A stretch of 64,000 nucleotides of DNA from Eledone cirrhosa. Lineage: Eukaryota. The DNA lies in NCBI GenBank assembly GCA_964016885.1, contig OZ024756.1, forward strand, positions 3,224,001 to 3,288,000. The letters run 5' to 3'. Under the pieces are notes generated by a model. The model was not told where the DNA came from and did no database searches. It saw only the letters and a program-made list of their open reading frames with translations. Below are positions 15,658 through 29,259 of this stretch, piece after piece. The number at the start of each line of letters is the position of its first letter. Positions within the stretch are counted from its first letter, which is position 1. The translations under genes were made by a program, and so were the position numbers.

Positions 15658-15694
15658 ATTATTCCACAATGCTTCAAGCAAACTTCAAAACTCT

Positions 15695-15831
<137 letters not shown>

Positions 15832-15864
15832 ACACGGGTGTGTATGATTGTGTATAGAAGATTA

Positions 15865-16267
15865 TATTAATAAAAGGAATTCCAACTTTGTCTGATTTAC
15901 TCGTTTTATTTACAATCCTTTAACATTTATAATGGTATTAGAATGAAATAGTATGGTAGAATATTAAATGTTAAGTGTTAATTGAACAAGTACTTTCATG
16001 CTTGCGCAATCTTCAGGTTCATATTCTGTGGTGACAGTCAAGTTTGCAATTTTCAACAGTTGAAATATATATATATACAGGTGAAAATTGCAAACTTGAC
16101 TGTCACAACACATTATGAACCTAAAGATTGCGAAACCATGAAAGTACTTGTTCAATTAACACTTAACATTTAATATTCTACTATACTATTTCATTCTAAT
16201 ACCATTATAAATTTTAATGGATTTTTAAATAAAACGAGTAAATCAGACAAAGTTGGAATTCCTTTTA

Positions 16268-16273
<6 letters not shown>
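15865..16273. mobile_element. Family K fold-back element (about 190 bp arms)
   Basis: Inverted repeat around a short TA spacer near 16070; extra terminal fragment at 16300-16337. Confidence 0.8.
15983..16021 (-). ncRNA. Compact minimal hammerhead ribozyme motif, family K
   Basis: Minus strand TGAAC-CTGAAGA-TTGC-GCAA-GCAT-GAAA-GTAC-T-T-GTTCA; the + arm copy (16116-16154) carries CTAAAGA. Confidence 0.75.
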
Positions 16274-16305
<32 letters not shown>

Positions 16306-16483
16306 TAAAAGGAATTCCAACCTTGTCTGATTTACTCCGAAGAAAAGATATTATCTCGAAAATTAAGGACATTTAAATAAATCTAAGCTAAAAGACTAAT
16401 TGTCAACAATATCTTTTGCATTTGCATTCTTTATTCTATGTCCATACCTGCATTGTGTTGGCTTTAGTATACATATACACACG

Positions 16484-16545
<62 letters not shown>

Positions 16546-16950
16546 GAAATACCAACATACAAAAGTACAGTGTACAATATCATCAACTATACTTTTCTTA
16601 CTTCCACCTTCTTCTCACCGGTGTTATTTCTCTGGAAAAACATTTTTTTCAGATTCTACTCTGCCCGTCCTTTCAATCTATCTAACTTTTCCTTATTTCT
16701 TCGATAAAGGACTAACGTCGGAAATGTTAAATCCCTCTTCCTGCTATTTCAAACGTTAAACTAATATATTCCTTTCATATGCTGTTGTCATTTCTGTTTA
16801 CCTTTTACACCCCCACAGGCGCATGTGCACGAACACACACATACACACACATATATATAGTAATAGTAATAAATGTGAAGACTAAAATCCAAAGAGGGCT
16901 CGATAAGGGTGAAAGCAGCGATTCTTTGCTTAAACTTTAATTTGCTATTT

Positions 16951-16994
<44 letters not shown>

Positions 16995-17113
16995 CGAAAG
17001 ACCAAAATGCCATACTATAGTATACATTGCGCATAAACTATTAAACGAAATACCAATACACTCAACTATAGTGTAAGTATGTATGAAATGAAATACTAAT
17101 GTATCTTACTAAG

Positions 17114-17157
<44 letters not shown>

Positions 17158-17160
<3 letters not shown>

Positions 17161-17293
17161 TGATCCCGACGGCAGAGCTCGAGCCGTTTCGACGGCTATT
17201 TCTGGATTCTGTCCAGAAATAGCCGTCGGAACGGCTTGAGCTATGCCGTCGGGGTGATTCATTTTCCATCTGGTTCCTTACCACAACTCCTTC

Positions 17294-17298
<5 letters not shown>
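17158..17298. mobile_element. Family L fold-back element
   Basis: CCCGACGGCAGAGCTCGAGCCGTTTCGACGGCTATTTCTGGA...TCCAGAAATAGCCGTCGGAACGGCTTGAGCTATGCCGTCGGG. Confidence 0.7.
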
Positions 17299-17353
<55 letters not shown>

Positions 17354-17361
17354 GAAAAAAA

Positions 17362-17538
17362 AGGGACGATCGACTTTCGTCAAATCGGACCGAGAAAGCA
17401 ATGTTTACAATGGTCTTTCAAATTGCTAATACTATCTATCGGTCGCAACTCCAGGAACAAGGAGCAACGTGAAACAAAGAACAACAAAGCAAAGTGTCTT
17501 GCTCAAAGACATAACGCATCGCCCGGTCCAGGAATCGA
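17362..17538 (-). mobile_element. SINE family 2b (CORE-like block plus distinct tail), partial
   Basis: Shares CGATCGACTTTCG..AAAT.GGACCGAG...ATACTATCTATCGGTCGCAACTCC with 33881-33996, 39429-39526 and 48875-49095. Confidence 0.65.
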
Positions 17539-17840
17539 TTACACACACACACACACGCACAATATATAAAAAAAAACATCCAGTTATCGAACCAACCAAC
17601 CGAAAATCTCTAATAAAGTGAAGCGAATATCAACAGGTGCCTGTGATTCTATTGGCAACATGACCCTCAAAGTATAACAATATATATATATATATAAGAA
17701 AAATGGAGTGCTGCGTGGTTGCACATGGGTTACATATGAATAAAATTAGTCCTTCATCAATGATCTTCCAACCTTCATTGGTATTTCATCACTTTAAAAA
17801 TCATATACCTCTGGTTGGTGCGAGCAATAACTAAATAAAG

Positions 17841-17881
<41 letters not shown>

Positions 17882-18170
17882 AATGAATATATAGAAATTA
17901 TTGTGAGCAAGAAGCCAACAGTATTTCATAATATATAAGTGACTATAACGTCAAAATGGAAAATAATTAACGTAAAATATGGGAAAATAATTCAAACTCA
18001 ATTTTAAAAAAAAAAAAAATCAAGACAGAGATTTTATCCACAGATTTTGTGAAATCCAGGGAAAAAACCAATAGAGACTTAACTCAGAATAAAATAAAGC
18101 TTAAATACTCATCGTTCAATTTAGAAAAACTACAAATGCTCTATATAGTCTTAAAAAGACTATTTCACGA

Positions 18171-18209
<39 letters not shown>

Positions 18210-18334
18210 TCCGTATGTGGTTGAGGGCTGAGAGGACAAAGTACTTGTAACAGGGGTCAGCAAACACGTGTTTTTGTCGGATGACTCTGTGTGACAAACA
18301 GACGAAACAAGACTCACTGTTTAGTCTGAATAAC

Positions 18335-18387
<53 letters not shown>

Positions 18388-18586
18388 TTGAGTTTATCGA
18401 ATATTAATAATAACATTCGATTCGTTTGCAATTGTGCAAACAAGCCTCAATTTTATAGCCATGTCAGTAGAATGAACACTTCATTCTTGCTCTTGTGTTG
18501 GCATGTGAACAGAACTGCAGACACTAATGTTTCTGGGTATCACCCTTCATCAGTACAGCTGACTGTTCCCCTGCCAACTGTCAGAG

Positions 18587-18673
<87 letters not shown>

Positions 18674-18790
18674 TATTTATTTCTGTGATATATGTATATA
18701 TACATTTAAGTATTTACATATTACATATATATACATATATATATATATATTTTTTTTTATATATATACATGCATATATATGTATTTCTGT

Positions 18791-18822
<32 letters not shown>

Positions 18823-18948
18823 CATGTATATATATTTAAGTATTTACAAATGTATATATATATGTATATATATTTAAGTATTTACATATTATATATATAT
18901 ATATACATATATACATACATATATATATATATTTAAGTATTTACATAT

Positions 18949-19008
<60 letters not shown>

Positions 19009-19220
19009 CATTATATATAATATATACATATATATATATTTAAACATATATATATATATGTGTTTAGGATCTATGTGTGTATGTATGTGCTTGTGTGGTG
19101 TTTGCCGTTTTAATTAAAATGAGAATAAATATGTGTTATTTAAAACAATAGGCAACTTGTGGATCTGTGTGTATGTAGAGCCTCCGACAGTCTCGACTAG
19201 AACAAGGGACTCATGAAATG

Positions 19221-19479
19221 AACGTGTACATATTTGAGCATCCCTCAACCATATGTGATTCTAAGGCAGCCAGGGCCGTACGTTCACTTGTCGACTCTAA
19301 GGTACTAACGTGTACATATTTGAGCATCCTTCAACCATATGTGACTATAAGGTAGCCAGGCCCGTACGTTCACTTGTCGACTCTAAGGTACTAACGTGTA
19401 CATATTTGAGCATCCCTCAACCATATGTGACTATAAGGTAGCCGGGGCCGGACGTTCACCTGCCGAGACTCTAAGGTAC
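19221..19479. repeat. 86-bp tandem repeat, 3 copies
   Basis: Unit starts AACGTGTACATATTTGAGCATCC at 19221, 19307 and 19393. Confidence 0.9.
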
Positions 19480-19812
19480 CTATATGAAATTTGAAGCCCC
19501 TTCTCTAAACATATTGGGGTAAAAAAATTATAATTAGCTATACATGACCATTATTTTTTATAACGTTAATGACAAAGAACAAATAACATATATATATATA
19601 TATATATAGTATTAAGGATACTATTTATGGTTATGTATATACTAAAACTTTTTCTAGTTATATATATTTTAAACCCTAAACAGTGAAAGACAGTAATTTA
19701 TTACTACCTTATTACCAGTAAGATAAATAGCTCAATGTAATAACATCAGTTGTTCTACAGAGCAGTTATATAGAAATCAGATGAATCAAAGTTCTGTTCA
19801 AACCATTTATTA

Positions 19813-19857
19813 GCTTACAATTGTTTCGTCCAAACCGAGGTTTGGGGTCTTCGGAGC
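19813..19857 (-). ncRNA. Hammerhead-like motif with variant core CCGAAGA, family I
   Basis: Minus strand GCT-CCGAAGA-CCCCAAACCTCGGTTTGGAC-GAAA-C-AATT-G-T-A-AGC; second copy at 51752-51794; element body 19608-19880 also at 57936-58120. Confidence 0.55.
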
Positions 19858-19945
19858 AATTATTCAGTGATTGTTTACATACATGACCTCCTTTCCAACA
19901 CTAGAGACATCCAGAAGCATATGTATATATCGATGCACAGTGGGT

Positions 19946-20026
19946 TGACATCCATTATAATATTTTAGCATGGCAATTTACATTCAAAATGTAAATTGCC
20001 ATGCTAAAATATTATAATGGATGTCA
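19946..20026. repeat. Perfect hairpin (about 38 bp stem)
   Basis: TGACATCCATTATAATATTTTAGCATGGCAATTTACATT-CAA-AATGTAAATTGCCATGCTAAAATATTATAATGGATGTCA. Confidence 0.9.
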
Positions 20027-20162
20027 CCCCTCTTGGTTGTTAATTCACTGACTCCAGTTCCTCAGTGAAATAACAACCCAACAAGGAACTGGGCATATCA
20101 GAGTATTGACAATATTATACACCTAAACAACATATGTACTTGTCTATACCATACTAATTCAA

Positions 20163-20217
20163 ACTGCCTGAAGAGGTCACAGCCAAAGATGGCTGTCACT
20201 GAAATATATATAGCAGT
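20163..20217 (+). ncRNA. Minimal type I hammerhead ribozyme motif, family F
   Basis: ACTGC-CTGAAGA-GGTCACAGCCA-AAGA-TGGCTGTCACT-GAAA-T-ATAT-A-T-A-GCAGT; all three stems form. Confidence 0.8.
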
Positions 20218-20659
20218 AATAAACGAACCTAAATTTTAATCATTTGACTTTTATTTAACTTTATTTTATATATATATATATATTCTGCTATTTCAAGCGT
20301 TAAACTAATATATTCCTTCTATATACTGTACCGATTGTGTTGTTATGTCTGTTTACCTTTTACACACACACACACACACATAAACGTTTGATGATTTAGA
20401 TTTAAAGAATAAAAGATGATGAAATAAAGATATATTTTGAAAAACGAGGCCTACGAGGTTGTGTGCTCCTAAGGTAGAACTTATTTACCTTATAAGTAAG
20501 ACCAGCCCTCAACGTAGTTCTCGGGGACTTTCAGTGAGAGAGAATATATGAGAAGGCTGAGCCTTTGAATAACAGACGCAGCACATACAGCATATGTATT
20601 TGCCAGCTGAGTGGACGATTGTACAATATGTAAGGGTAACTTCCAATTTAAGCTCTAAG

Positions 20660-20855
20660 CCACAACAAATTGTGGGGGAGGTTAAATTTGATGACATCGA
20701 TCCCAGTACGTGAGAAGTATTTTAAACTAAAGACCTCGGGAGGATGAAATGGCAAGTTAACGTCCGTGTGATTTGAACTCAGAATGTAAATATTAGAAGC
20801 AAATGCATCGCAGCATTTTACCAGATGTTCTAACGATTCTGCCACTCCACCGCCC
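20660..20855 (-). mobile_element. Older SINE family 1-related copy
   Basis: GATTTGAACTCAG and TGCCACTCCACCGCCC with a decayed central block. Confidence 0.6.
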
Positions 20856-21099
20856 TCATCTTATGTAAGATTGTCTCAAAAAATAAGTAAATCAATGAAT
20901 GAATGAAAAGAAAATGTGCAGAATGAATGAATGAATGAATGAATGAGATCTGTAAGAAAGAAAGGAAAAGAAAGACGGTTTGATGGTGACAAGGTCTTTT
21001 GTATTGCACTTGTCAAGTAATGACGTGTAGAGAGCATGTAGGGTTGGACGAGGGTGTATGGAGGACATAGAGATACCGTTCACTATTTAACCATAAAGA

Positions 21100-21793
21100 G
21101 AATGTGTGAGTGTATATAGAAGACACAGTGTGGGTAGGTGTATATAGAAGGCTGAGGGTGGGTAGGTGTATAGAGAAGGCTGAGGGTGGGTAGGTGTATA
21201 GAGAAGACTGAGGGTGGGTAGGTGTATAGAGATGACTGAGGGTGGGTATGTATAGGATGAGTGTGGGTAAAAATATATAGAAGGCTGAATGTGGGTAGGT
21301 GTATATAGAAGGCTGAGGGTGGGTAGGTGTATAGAGAAGACTGAGGGTGGGTATGTATAGGATGAGTATGGGTAGGTGTATATAGAATACAGAGTGGGGG
21401 TAGGTGTATAGAGAAGGCTGAGTGTGGGTAGGTGTATATAGAAGGCTGAGTGAGGGTAGGTGTATAGAGAAGACACAGTGTGGGTAGGTCTATAGAGAAG
21501 ACACAGTGTGGGTAGGTGTATAGAGAAGACACAGTGTGGGTAGGTGTATAGAGAAGACACATTATGGGTAGGTGTATAGAAAAGACACAGTGTGGGTAGG
21601 TGTATAGAGAAGACACAGTGTAGGTAGGTCTATAGAGAAGACACAGTGTGGGTAGGTGTATAGAGAAGACACAGTGTGGGTAGGTGTATAGAGAAGACAC
21701 AGTGTGGGTAGGTGTATAGAGAAGACACAGTGTGGGTAGGTGTATAGAGAAGACACAGTGTGGGTAGGTGTATAGAGAAGACAAAGTGTGGGT

Positions 21794-21845
<52 letters not shown>

Positions 21846-22831
21846 GACACAGTATGGGCATGTATATACACAAGACAGACTGTGGGTATATAAACAAAAG
21901 AGAGAGTGTGGGTATATATATACACAAGATAGAGTGTGGGTAGGGGTATATACACAAGACAGACTGTGGGTATATATATACACAAAAGACAGAGTGAGGG
22001 TATATATTCACAAGACAGAGTGTGGGTATATATATATACACGAGACAGACTGTGGGTATATATATACACAAGACAGAGTGTGGGTATATATATATAAAAG
22101 ACAGAGTGTGGGTATATATATACACAAGACATACAAGACATACTGTGGGTTATATATACACAAGACAGATTGTGGGTATAGATATACAAAAGACAGAGTG
22201 TGGGTATATATATACACAAGACAGTCTGTGGGTTTATATATACACAAGACAGAGTGTGGGTATATATACACAAGACAGACTGTGGGTATATATACACAAG
22301 ACAGACTGTGGGTATATATATATACACAAGACATATTGTGGGTATATAAATACACAAGACAGAGTGTGGGTATATATACACAAGACAGATTGTGGGTATA
22401 TAAATACACAAGACAGAGTGTGGGTATATATACACAAGACAGATTGTGGGTATATAAATACACAAGACAGAGTGTGGGTATATATATATATATATATATA
22501 TACTCAAGATAGTCTGTGGGTAGGGGTATATACACAAGACAGACTGTGGGCAGGGGTATATACACAAGACAGACTGTGGGTAGGGGTATATACACAAGAC
22601 AGACTGTGGGTAGGGGTATATACACAAGAAAGACTGTGGGTAGGGGTATATACACAAGACAGACTGTGGGTATGGGTATATACACAAGACAGACTGTGGG
22701 TAGGGGTATATACACAAGACAGACTGTGGGTAGGGGTATATACACAAGAAAGACTGTGGGTAGGGTTATATACACAAGACAGACTGTGGGTAGGGGTATA
22801 TACACAAGACAGACTGTGGGTAGGGGTATAT
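21100..22831. repeat. Minisatellite drifting from a 28-bp unit (GAGAAGACACAGTGTGGGTAGGTGTATA) to a 30-bp unit (TACACAAGACAGACTGTGGGTAGGGGTATA)
   Basis: Period 28 around 21660 and period 30 around 22530-22830; TA-slippage variants in between. Confidence 0.9.
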
Positions 22832-22976
22832 AGTAGGCACAGACGTAGGTTTCATTATTTAACCCCCAAGAAGTCTGGGTGATGTGAATATAGAAGACAG
22901 AGACGAGAAAAAGCAATGGATGACAGAGTACAGGAGAGCAGACATATGGCCGTCTTGTTAACCAACAAGTGGTATA

Positions 22977-23787
22977 TAGGTGAGTGTATATAACAGCACA
23001 TAGGTGAGTGTATATAACAGCACATAGGTGAGTGTATATAACAGTACATAGGTGAGTGTATATAAAAGGACATAGGTGAGTGTATATAAAAGGACATAGG
23101 TGAGTGTATATAACAGCACATAGGTGAGTGTATATAACAGCACATAGGTGAGTGTATATAAAAGCACATAGGTGAGTGTATATAAAAGGGGATAGGTGAG
23201 TGTATATAAAAGCACATAGGTGAGTGTATATAACAGCACATAGGTGAGTGTATATAACAGCACATAGGTGAGTGTATATAAAAGGACATAGGTGAGTGTA
23301 TATAACAGCACATAGGTGAGTGTATATAACAGCACTTAGGTGAGTGTATATAAAAGGGGATAGGTGAGTGTATATAAAAGCACATAGGTGAGTGTATGTA
23401 ACAGCACATAGGTGAGTGTATATAACAGCACATAGGTGAGTGTATATAAAAGGACATAGGTGAGTGTATATAACAGCACATAGGTGAGTGTATATAACAG
23501 CACACAGGTGAGTGTATATAAAAGGACATAGGTGAGTGTATATAACAGCACATAGGTGAGTGTATATAATAGCACATAGGTGAGTGTATATAACAGGCCA
23601 TAGGTGAGTGTATATAAAAGGACATAGGTTAGTGTATATAAAAGGACATAGGTTAGTGTATATAAAAGGACATTGGTGAGTGTATATAAAAGGACAAGGT
23701 GAGTGTATATAAAAGGACAAGGGGTGTGTATATAAAAGGACATAGGTGAGTGTATATAACAGCACATAGGTGAGTGTATATAAAAAG
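22977..23787. repeat. 24-bp minisatellite TAGGTGAGTGTATATAA(C/A)AG(C/G)ACA, about 33 copies
   Basis: Direct reading, period 24. Confidence 0.9.
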
Positions 23788-23912
23788 CAAAAACAAAGAC
23801 CGATGTTTCATTGTTTGACTTCAAACAGTAGTTTATATGGGTATATATATATATATATATATATTATATATGTGTGTGTGTGTGTGTGTGTGTGCATTTA
23901 TCCCTCTCTCTC

Positions 23913-23971
<59 letters not shown>

Positions 23972-23972
23972 A

Positions 23973-24248
23973 AAGTCTGTCTTAAGCCAGAAGGCTCATT
24001 TGGCCGGTGCTGATCCCGGTTTCATGGAGTGAAGCGACTAAGAGTACAAGACTACCCCCTGGACAGGACGCCAGTCCATCGCAGGGTTAAACCTCCAGCT
24101 ATTGCTGGTACTCATATTCAGCTGAGTATATTGGAGCAACGTGAAATAAAGTGTTTTGCTCAAGAAGACAACATGCAACCCAGGAATCGAACCCACAACA
24201 TTATGATCGTAAGTCCAACACGCTTACCACTAGGCCACGTGCCTCCAC
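23973..24248 (-). mobile_element. Full-length tRNA-derived SINE family 2a
   Basis: Minus strand GTGGCCTAGTGG (A box), GGTTCGATTCC (B box), CORE-like TCTTCTTGAGCAAAACACTT, CCTGCGATGGACTGGCGTCCTGTCCAGGG block and ATGAAACCGGG tail. Confidence 0.8.
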
Positions 24249-24391
24249 TATATATATATATAATATATATATATATATATAATATATATATATTATATAT
24301 ATATATACATGAATGGACATGTTATTTTTATCTACAGACAGTTTTTTCAAATTCCAACCCCACCGGCCCAATTTATCTTATTCCTCATTCT

Positions 24392-24428
24392 TTCTTCTGA
24401 TGAAAGACTAACGTCCGAAACGTTAAAA
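24392..24428 (+). ncRNA. Penelope-type minimal hammerhead motif, family A
   Basis: CTGATGA(24397)-AAGAC-TAAC-GTCC-GAAA(24417)-CGTTA; related copies at about 1700-1765 (-, GGAC-TAGC-GTCC-GAAACGTT) and 16695-16760 (decayed); stem I is weak. Confidence 0.6.
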
Positions 24429-24512
24429 CCTTCTTCCTGCTATCTCAAGCGTTAACCTAATATGTTTCTTACATATTCTGTACCGATCGTGTTGTTATTT
24501 CTGTATACCGTT

Positions 24513-24608
<96 letters not shown>

Positions 24609-24667
24609 TGTGTGTGTGTATCTATATGTAGATATATACATATATATGTGTATGTATACATATATGC

Positions 24668-24712
<45 letters not shown>

Positions 24713-24713
<1 letters not shown>

Positions 24714-25113
24714 ACAAAAGATGGTTAAAAGAGTTCCATGTATTTTATTATGCGCATTTCAAAAACACATAACATCATGCAATAATATTTGTGTTTTCAT
24801 CAGATAAAACATGAAGACATGATATGAAGGTTAAACAACACTTGTGGATAGTTCAGTTTTGATTTAAAACTGAACTATCCACAAGTGTTTTTTAACCTTC
24901 ATATCATGTCTTCATGTTTTATCTGATGAAAACACAAATATTATTGCATGATGATGTTTGTTTTTGAAATGCGCATAATAAAATACATGGAACTCTTTTA
25001 ACCATCTTTTGTTCTTATATATATTATGTATACTCCAGTCCTACAAATTGTAGAGTGCTTATTATCCGATATCTGCATTGCTTTATTGTACTACAATAAA
25101 ACTCACCTCCTAC
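24713..25113. mobile_element. Family E fold-back element with hammerheads on both arms and a one-sided tail
   Basis: TTTTAT-CTGATGA(24923)-long stem II-GAAA(24966)-T-GCGC-A-T-A-ATAAAA; mirror TCATCAG at 24797; tail ends CTCACCTCCTACA(TA)n. Confidence 0.8.
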
Positions 25114-25320
25114 ATATATATATATATATATTAAAATATATATATTTGCTCTAGGGTTCTTATATATTTAATATATTTTTATCCTTATCGAGCCCTCAAT
25201 GGATTTTAGTCTTCACATTTATTATTATTACTATATATATATATGTGTGTGTGTGCGTATGCAAGTATATATATAAATATAAATATATAAATATATATAT
25301 ATAAATATATATATATATAA

Positions 25321-25361
<41 letters not shown>

Positions 25362-25366
25362 TATAA

Positions 25367-25405
<39 letters not shown>

Positions 25406-25410
25406 TATAA

Positions 25411-25479
<69 letters not shown>

Positions 25480-25497
25480 TATAATATATATATATAT

Positions 25498-25530
<33 letters not shown>

Positions 25531-25549
25531 ATATATATATATATATATA

Positions 25550-25596
<47 letters not shown>

Positions 25597-25641
25597 TATA
25601 TATAATATATATATAATATATATATATATAATATATATATA

Positions 25642-25836
<195 letters not shown>

Positions 25837-26800
25837 GTCGTACTTTGACAAGGTTCTGCTGCTAGCAAAACACTGTTGTGCTTCACTACTGATCCAATAG
25901 AAGACAGGGAACTAATCAATACATGTGTTACTTTCATGACTGGAGAGTGAAATAATTTACTAAACTCTTTCGTCACGCATGTTCTTTAGCAACATGCCAC
26001 CCAACAAACATATATGTATATAGCATGAATCGATGTTGTATATATTCATGTATGTGGGTATATTCTTCACATATATAAATAATTGTTTCTACTTTAGGCA
26101 CAAGGCCAGCAATAATCCAGTGCATTATGGTACTTTACATATAGAAATAATGTTAGTGTTAGGGTTGTATATATTGATGTGTCTGTGTGTCTGTGTGTAT
26201 ATATTGATGTGTGTCTGTGTGTCTTCGTGTTTGGGTCGTAAGTATGTGTGAATGTAGCTGATATGTCTGTAGTAGTGTGATGCGAACGTGTAACTTGTTT
26301 ATAATAAGCTGATGAACACACACAATTAGTACACATGCACAAACAATCACACACACACACTTACACACACCCATATATATATATATATATATATATTATA
26401 TAATATATATATATATATATATACATAATCAAATATATATATAATAATAACTACTGGAGATATAAAAGATGCAGAAGCGAAAACAAACCGTGAGTGTATT
26501 CTGTTATTATTTCTGGCAATATTATTACATATATGACCCTCCCCAAGTATAATAATATATTATATATATATGTATTTTGGGGGGCTTAGGTGGTTAATGT
26601 CTTCTTGACCTAAAATCCAAAGAGGTTTCGATGAGGAGAAATATATATCAAATTATATAAGAACCCTTCAGCAAATATTTATTAAAATAACAGAAGATCC
26701 CGTTAAGGGTGAAAGCAGCGATTCTTTGCTTAAATTTTAATGTTATTTTAATATATATATTATATAATATATTATATATATATATAATATATATATATAT

Positions 26801-26831
<31 letters not shown>

Positions 26832-26834
<3 letters not shown>

Positions 26835-27250
26835 AGGAGGTGAGTTTTATTGTAGTACAATAAAGCAATGCAGATATCGGATAAGAAGCACTCTACAGTT
26901 TGTAGGACTGGAGTATATATAATATATAAGATCAAAAGATGGTTAAATGAGTTCCATGTATTTTATTATGCGCATTTCAAAGACAAATATCATCATGCAA
27001 TAACATTTGTGTTTTCATCAGATAAAATAGGAGGACATGATATGAAGGTTAAAAAAACACTTGTGGATAGTGCAGTCATATATGTTGATTTAAAACTGCA
27101 CTATCCACAAGTGTTTTTTTAACCTTCATATCATGTCCTCCTATTTTATCTGATGAAAACACAAATGTTATTGCATGATGATATTTGTTTTTGAAATGCG
27201 CATAATAAAATACACGGAACTCTTTTAACCATCTTTTGATCTTATATATT
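26832..27250. mobile_element. Family E fold-back element (tail on left)
   Basis: CTGATGA 27150, GAAA 27193, mirror TCATCAG 27015. Confidence 0.8.
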
Positions 27251-27259
27251 ATGTATATA

Positions 27260-27292
<33 letters not shown>

Positions 27293-27362
27293 GTGTATGT
27301 TAGTAATCGATTGTAGGATGCGTTCCGTACGAAAATAAAGATAGATCAATGTAATTATTAAT

Positions 27363-27537
27363 AATTGTTTCTACTTTTGGCACAAGTCCAGCAATACACC
27401 AACCTTATTTTATCGACCTCGTAAGGATGAAAGGCAAATTTAACCTCGGCGGGATTTGAACTCAGAATGGCAAGGGCCGTAACTCTATGCGTTAAAGCAT
27501 GGCGTCCGACCCTCTACCGATACTGCCAATCCACCGC
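27363..27537 (-). mobile_element. tRNA-derived SINE family 1
   Basis: Consensus A/B boxes and central block on the minus strand. Confidence 0.8.
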
Positions 27538-28029
27538 ACTTTGGTGGATTAATAATGTAATTATTAATAATATATTTAATAGTGAAATGGGGAATATTTC
27601 AATAACTGATGTTATATCTACAACTCTTAACTACAACTCTTTACAAGTAGCTACAGAGCATACCCTCCGCTCATGAAATCCACACAGCTTACGCTGATCG
27701 GACTCCCATGTGCTTGTTTTTTCCGATATTTGCGTTGCTATCCTTCTATGTTTGTTTATTTGTCTCGCTCGCTTTACGCGATTTACTTGTCGCAATAGCT
27801 TTATTTAGCTATTGCTCGCACCAACTGGAGGTATATGATTTTTAAAACGATGAAATACCAATGAAGATTGGAAAATCGCTGATGAAGGGTATTTTTATCA
27901 TATATATATATATGATATTATCATATATATATATATATATATATATACAGATATGTATACAAATTATAATATATATAAATATATATATATATATATACAG
28001 ATATGTATGCAAATTATAATATATATATA

Positions 28030-28270
28030 TCCCCTCTCCTCTTCCTTTCTTACAACTAATATAAATACTTCAATTTTTCTGATTTTTTCCAATGTATCCA
28101 ATATCTCTGAAGAAGTGACAACTGATTATACATTTGCTATCGAATACTTGGTAACATTATATGATTACGCAAGCAGCGATACATAGGTATTCCGTCTGTT
28201 ACAGAAACATATGTCAATACTTAATAAATTCCTTTATAAAAGCACTTTCATTTTATATTCATCTTTTCTA
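28030..28270 (+). mobile_element. Family G element between (TA)n tracts
   Basis: Reverse copy at about 58660-58900; contains CTGAAGA (28107) and GAAACATATGTC (28204). Confidence 0.6.
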
Positions 28271-28299
28271 TATATATATATATACATATATATATATAA

Positions 28300-28462
28300 T
28301 ATAAGATCAAAAGATGGTTAAAAAAGTTCCAAGTATTTTATTATGCGCATTTCAAAAACAAATATCAACATGGGATGATATCTGCGTTTTCATCAGATAA
28401 AATAGGGATACATGATATGAAGCTTAAAAAACACTTGTGAATAGTGAAGTTTTAAATCAACG
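28300..28462 (-). mobile_element. Single arm of family E
   Basis: AAGATCAAAAGATGG...TGCGCATTTC...TCATCAG(28390). Confidence 0.7.
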
Positions 28463-29119
28463 TATGAAAAATAATTGATGATTGATGTGTGAGATTGGGA
28501 AAAAATGAGGGGGTGGAAAAGGTAAGGAAGAGGAGGAGATGAGAGTAAAGAATGGTGGGGGAGGAGTATAAGAAAGAAGGATGAGAGAGGAGGAGAGATG
28601 GGTGATAGAGAGAGAGAGATAGCCTTTACAACTCACCTCCTACATATATATATATATATATATAATAATTTGTTTACATATCTATATATATACAAATAAT
28701 ATATATAACATTTATATATCCGTGTATGTCTATGTGTGTATGTATGCATACATGTGTGTGAGTCTCTATGTATATATACTTGCTTGTGATTTTCTATGGC
28801 CGAGATTGTATGTAGATATATTATCGATAAATGGGGGGGGGGGGGGGGCTGATTAAAAGATGATTTGTATCAGAATAATAAAACTTAGCTACTTCACCAT
28901 ATGTAGGGATCGATAAAAGGATATATTAGATCGAATTAAGTGCATACTGATGTTTCAATGATCGACTAATATATATGAACAAAATATATTAGCTGGGCCA
29001 CTATCCAAAGACTAACACTAGGAACATACTGTAAATATATCTCCTCTCTGTAAATATGTATATTTATCTGTATATATATATATATATAAATATACATACA
29101 CATACACATAAATACACAA

Positions 29120-29150
<31 letters not shown>

Positions 29151-29197
29151 CATATATATACATATATATATACACATACATACACACATACATATAT

Positions 29198-29259
<62 letters not shown>

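Noticed and set aside
21083-23824. Long ORFs (554 and 585 aa) over minisatellites
   Set aside because: They arise from short repeat units lacking stops in some frames; several overlapping frames are open and no domain is recognisable.
24170-24248. tRNA gene
   Set aside because: The tRNA-like region is the head of a SINE and continues into SINE body sequence.
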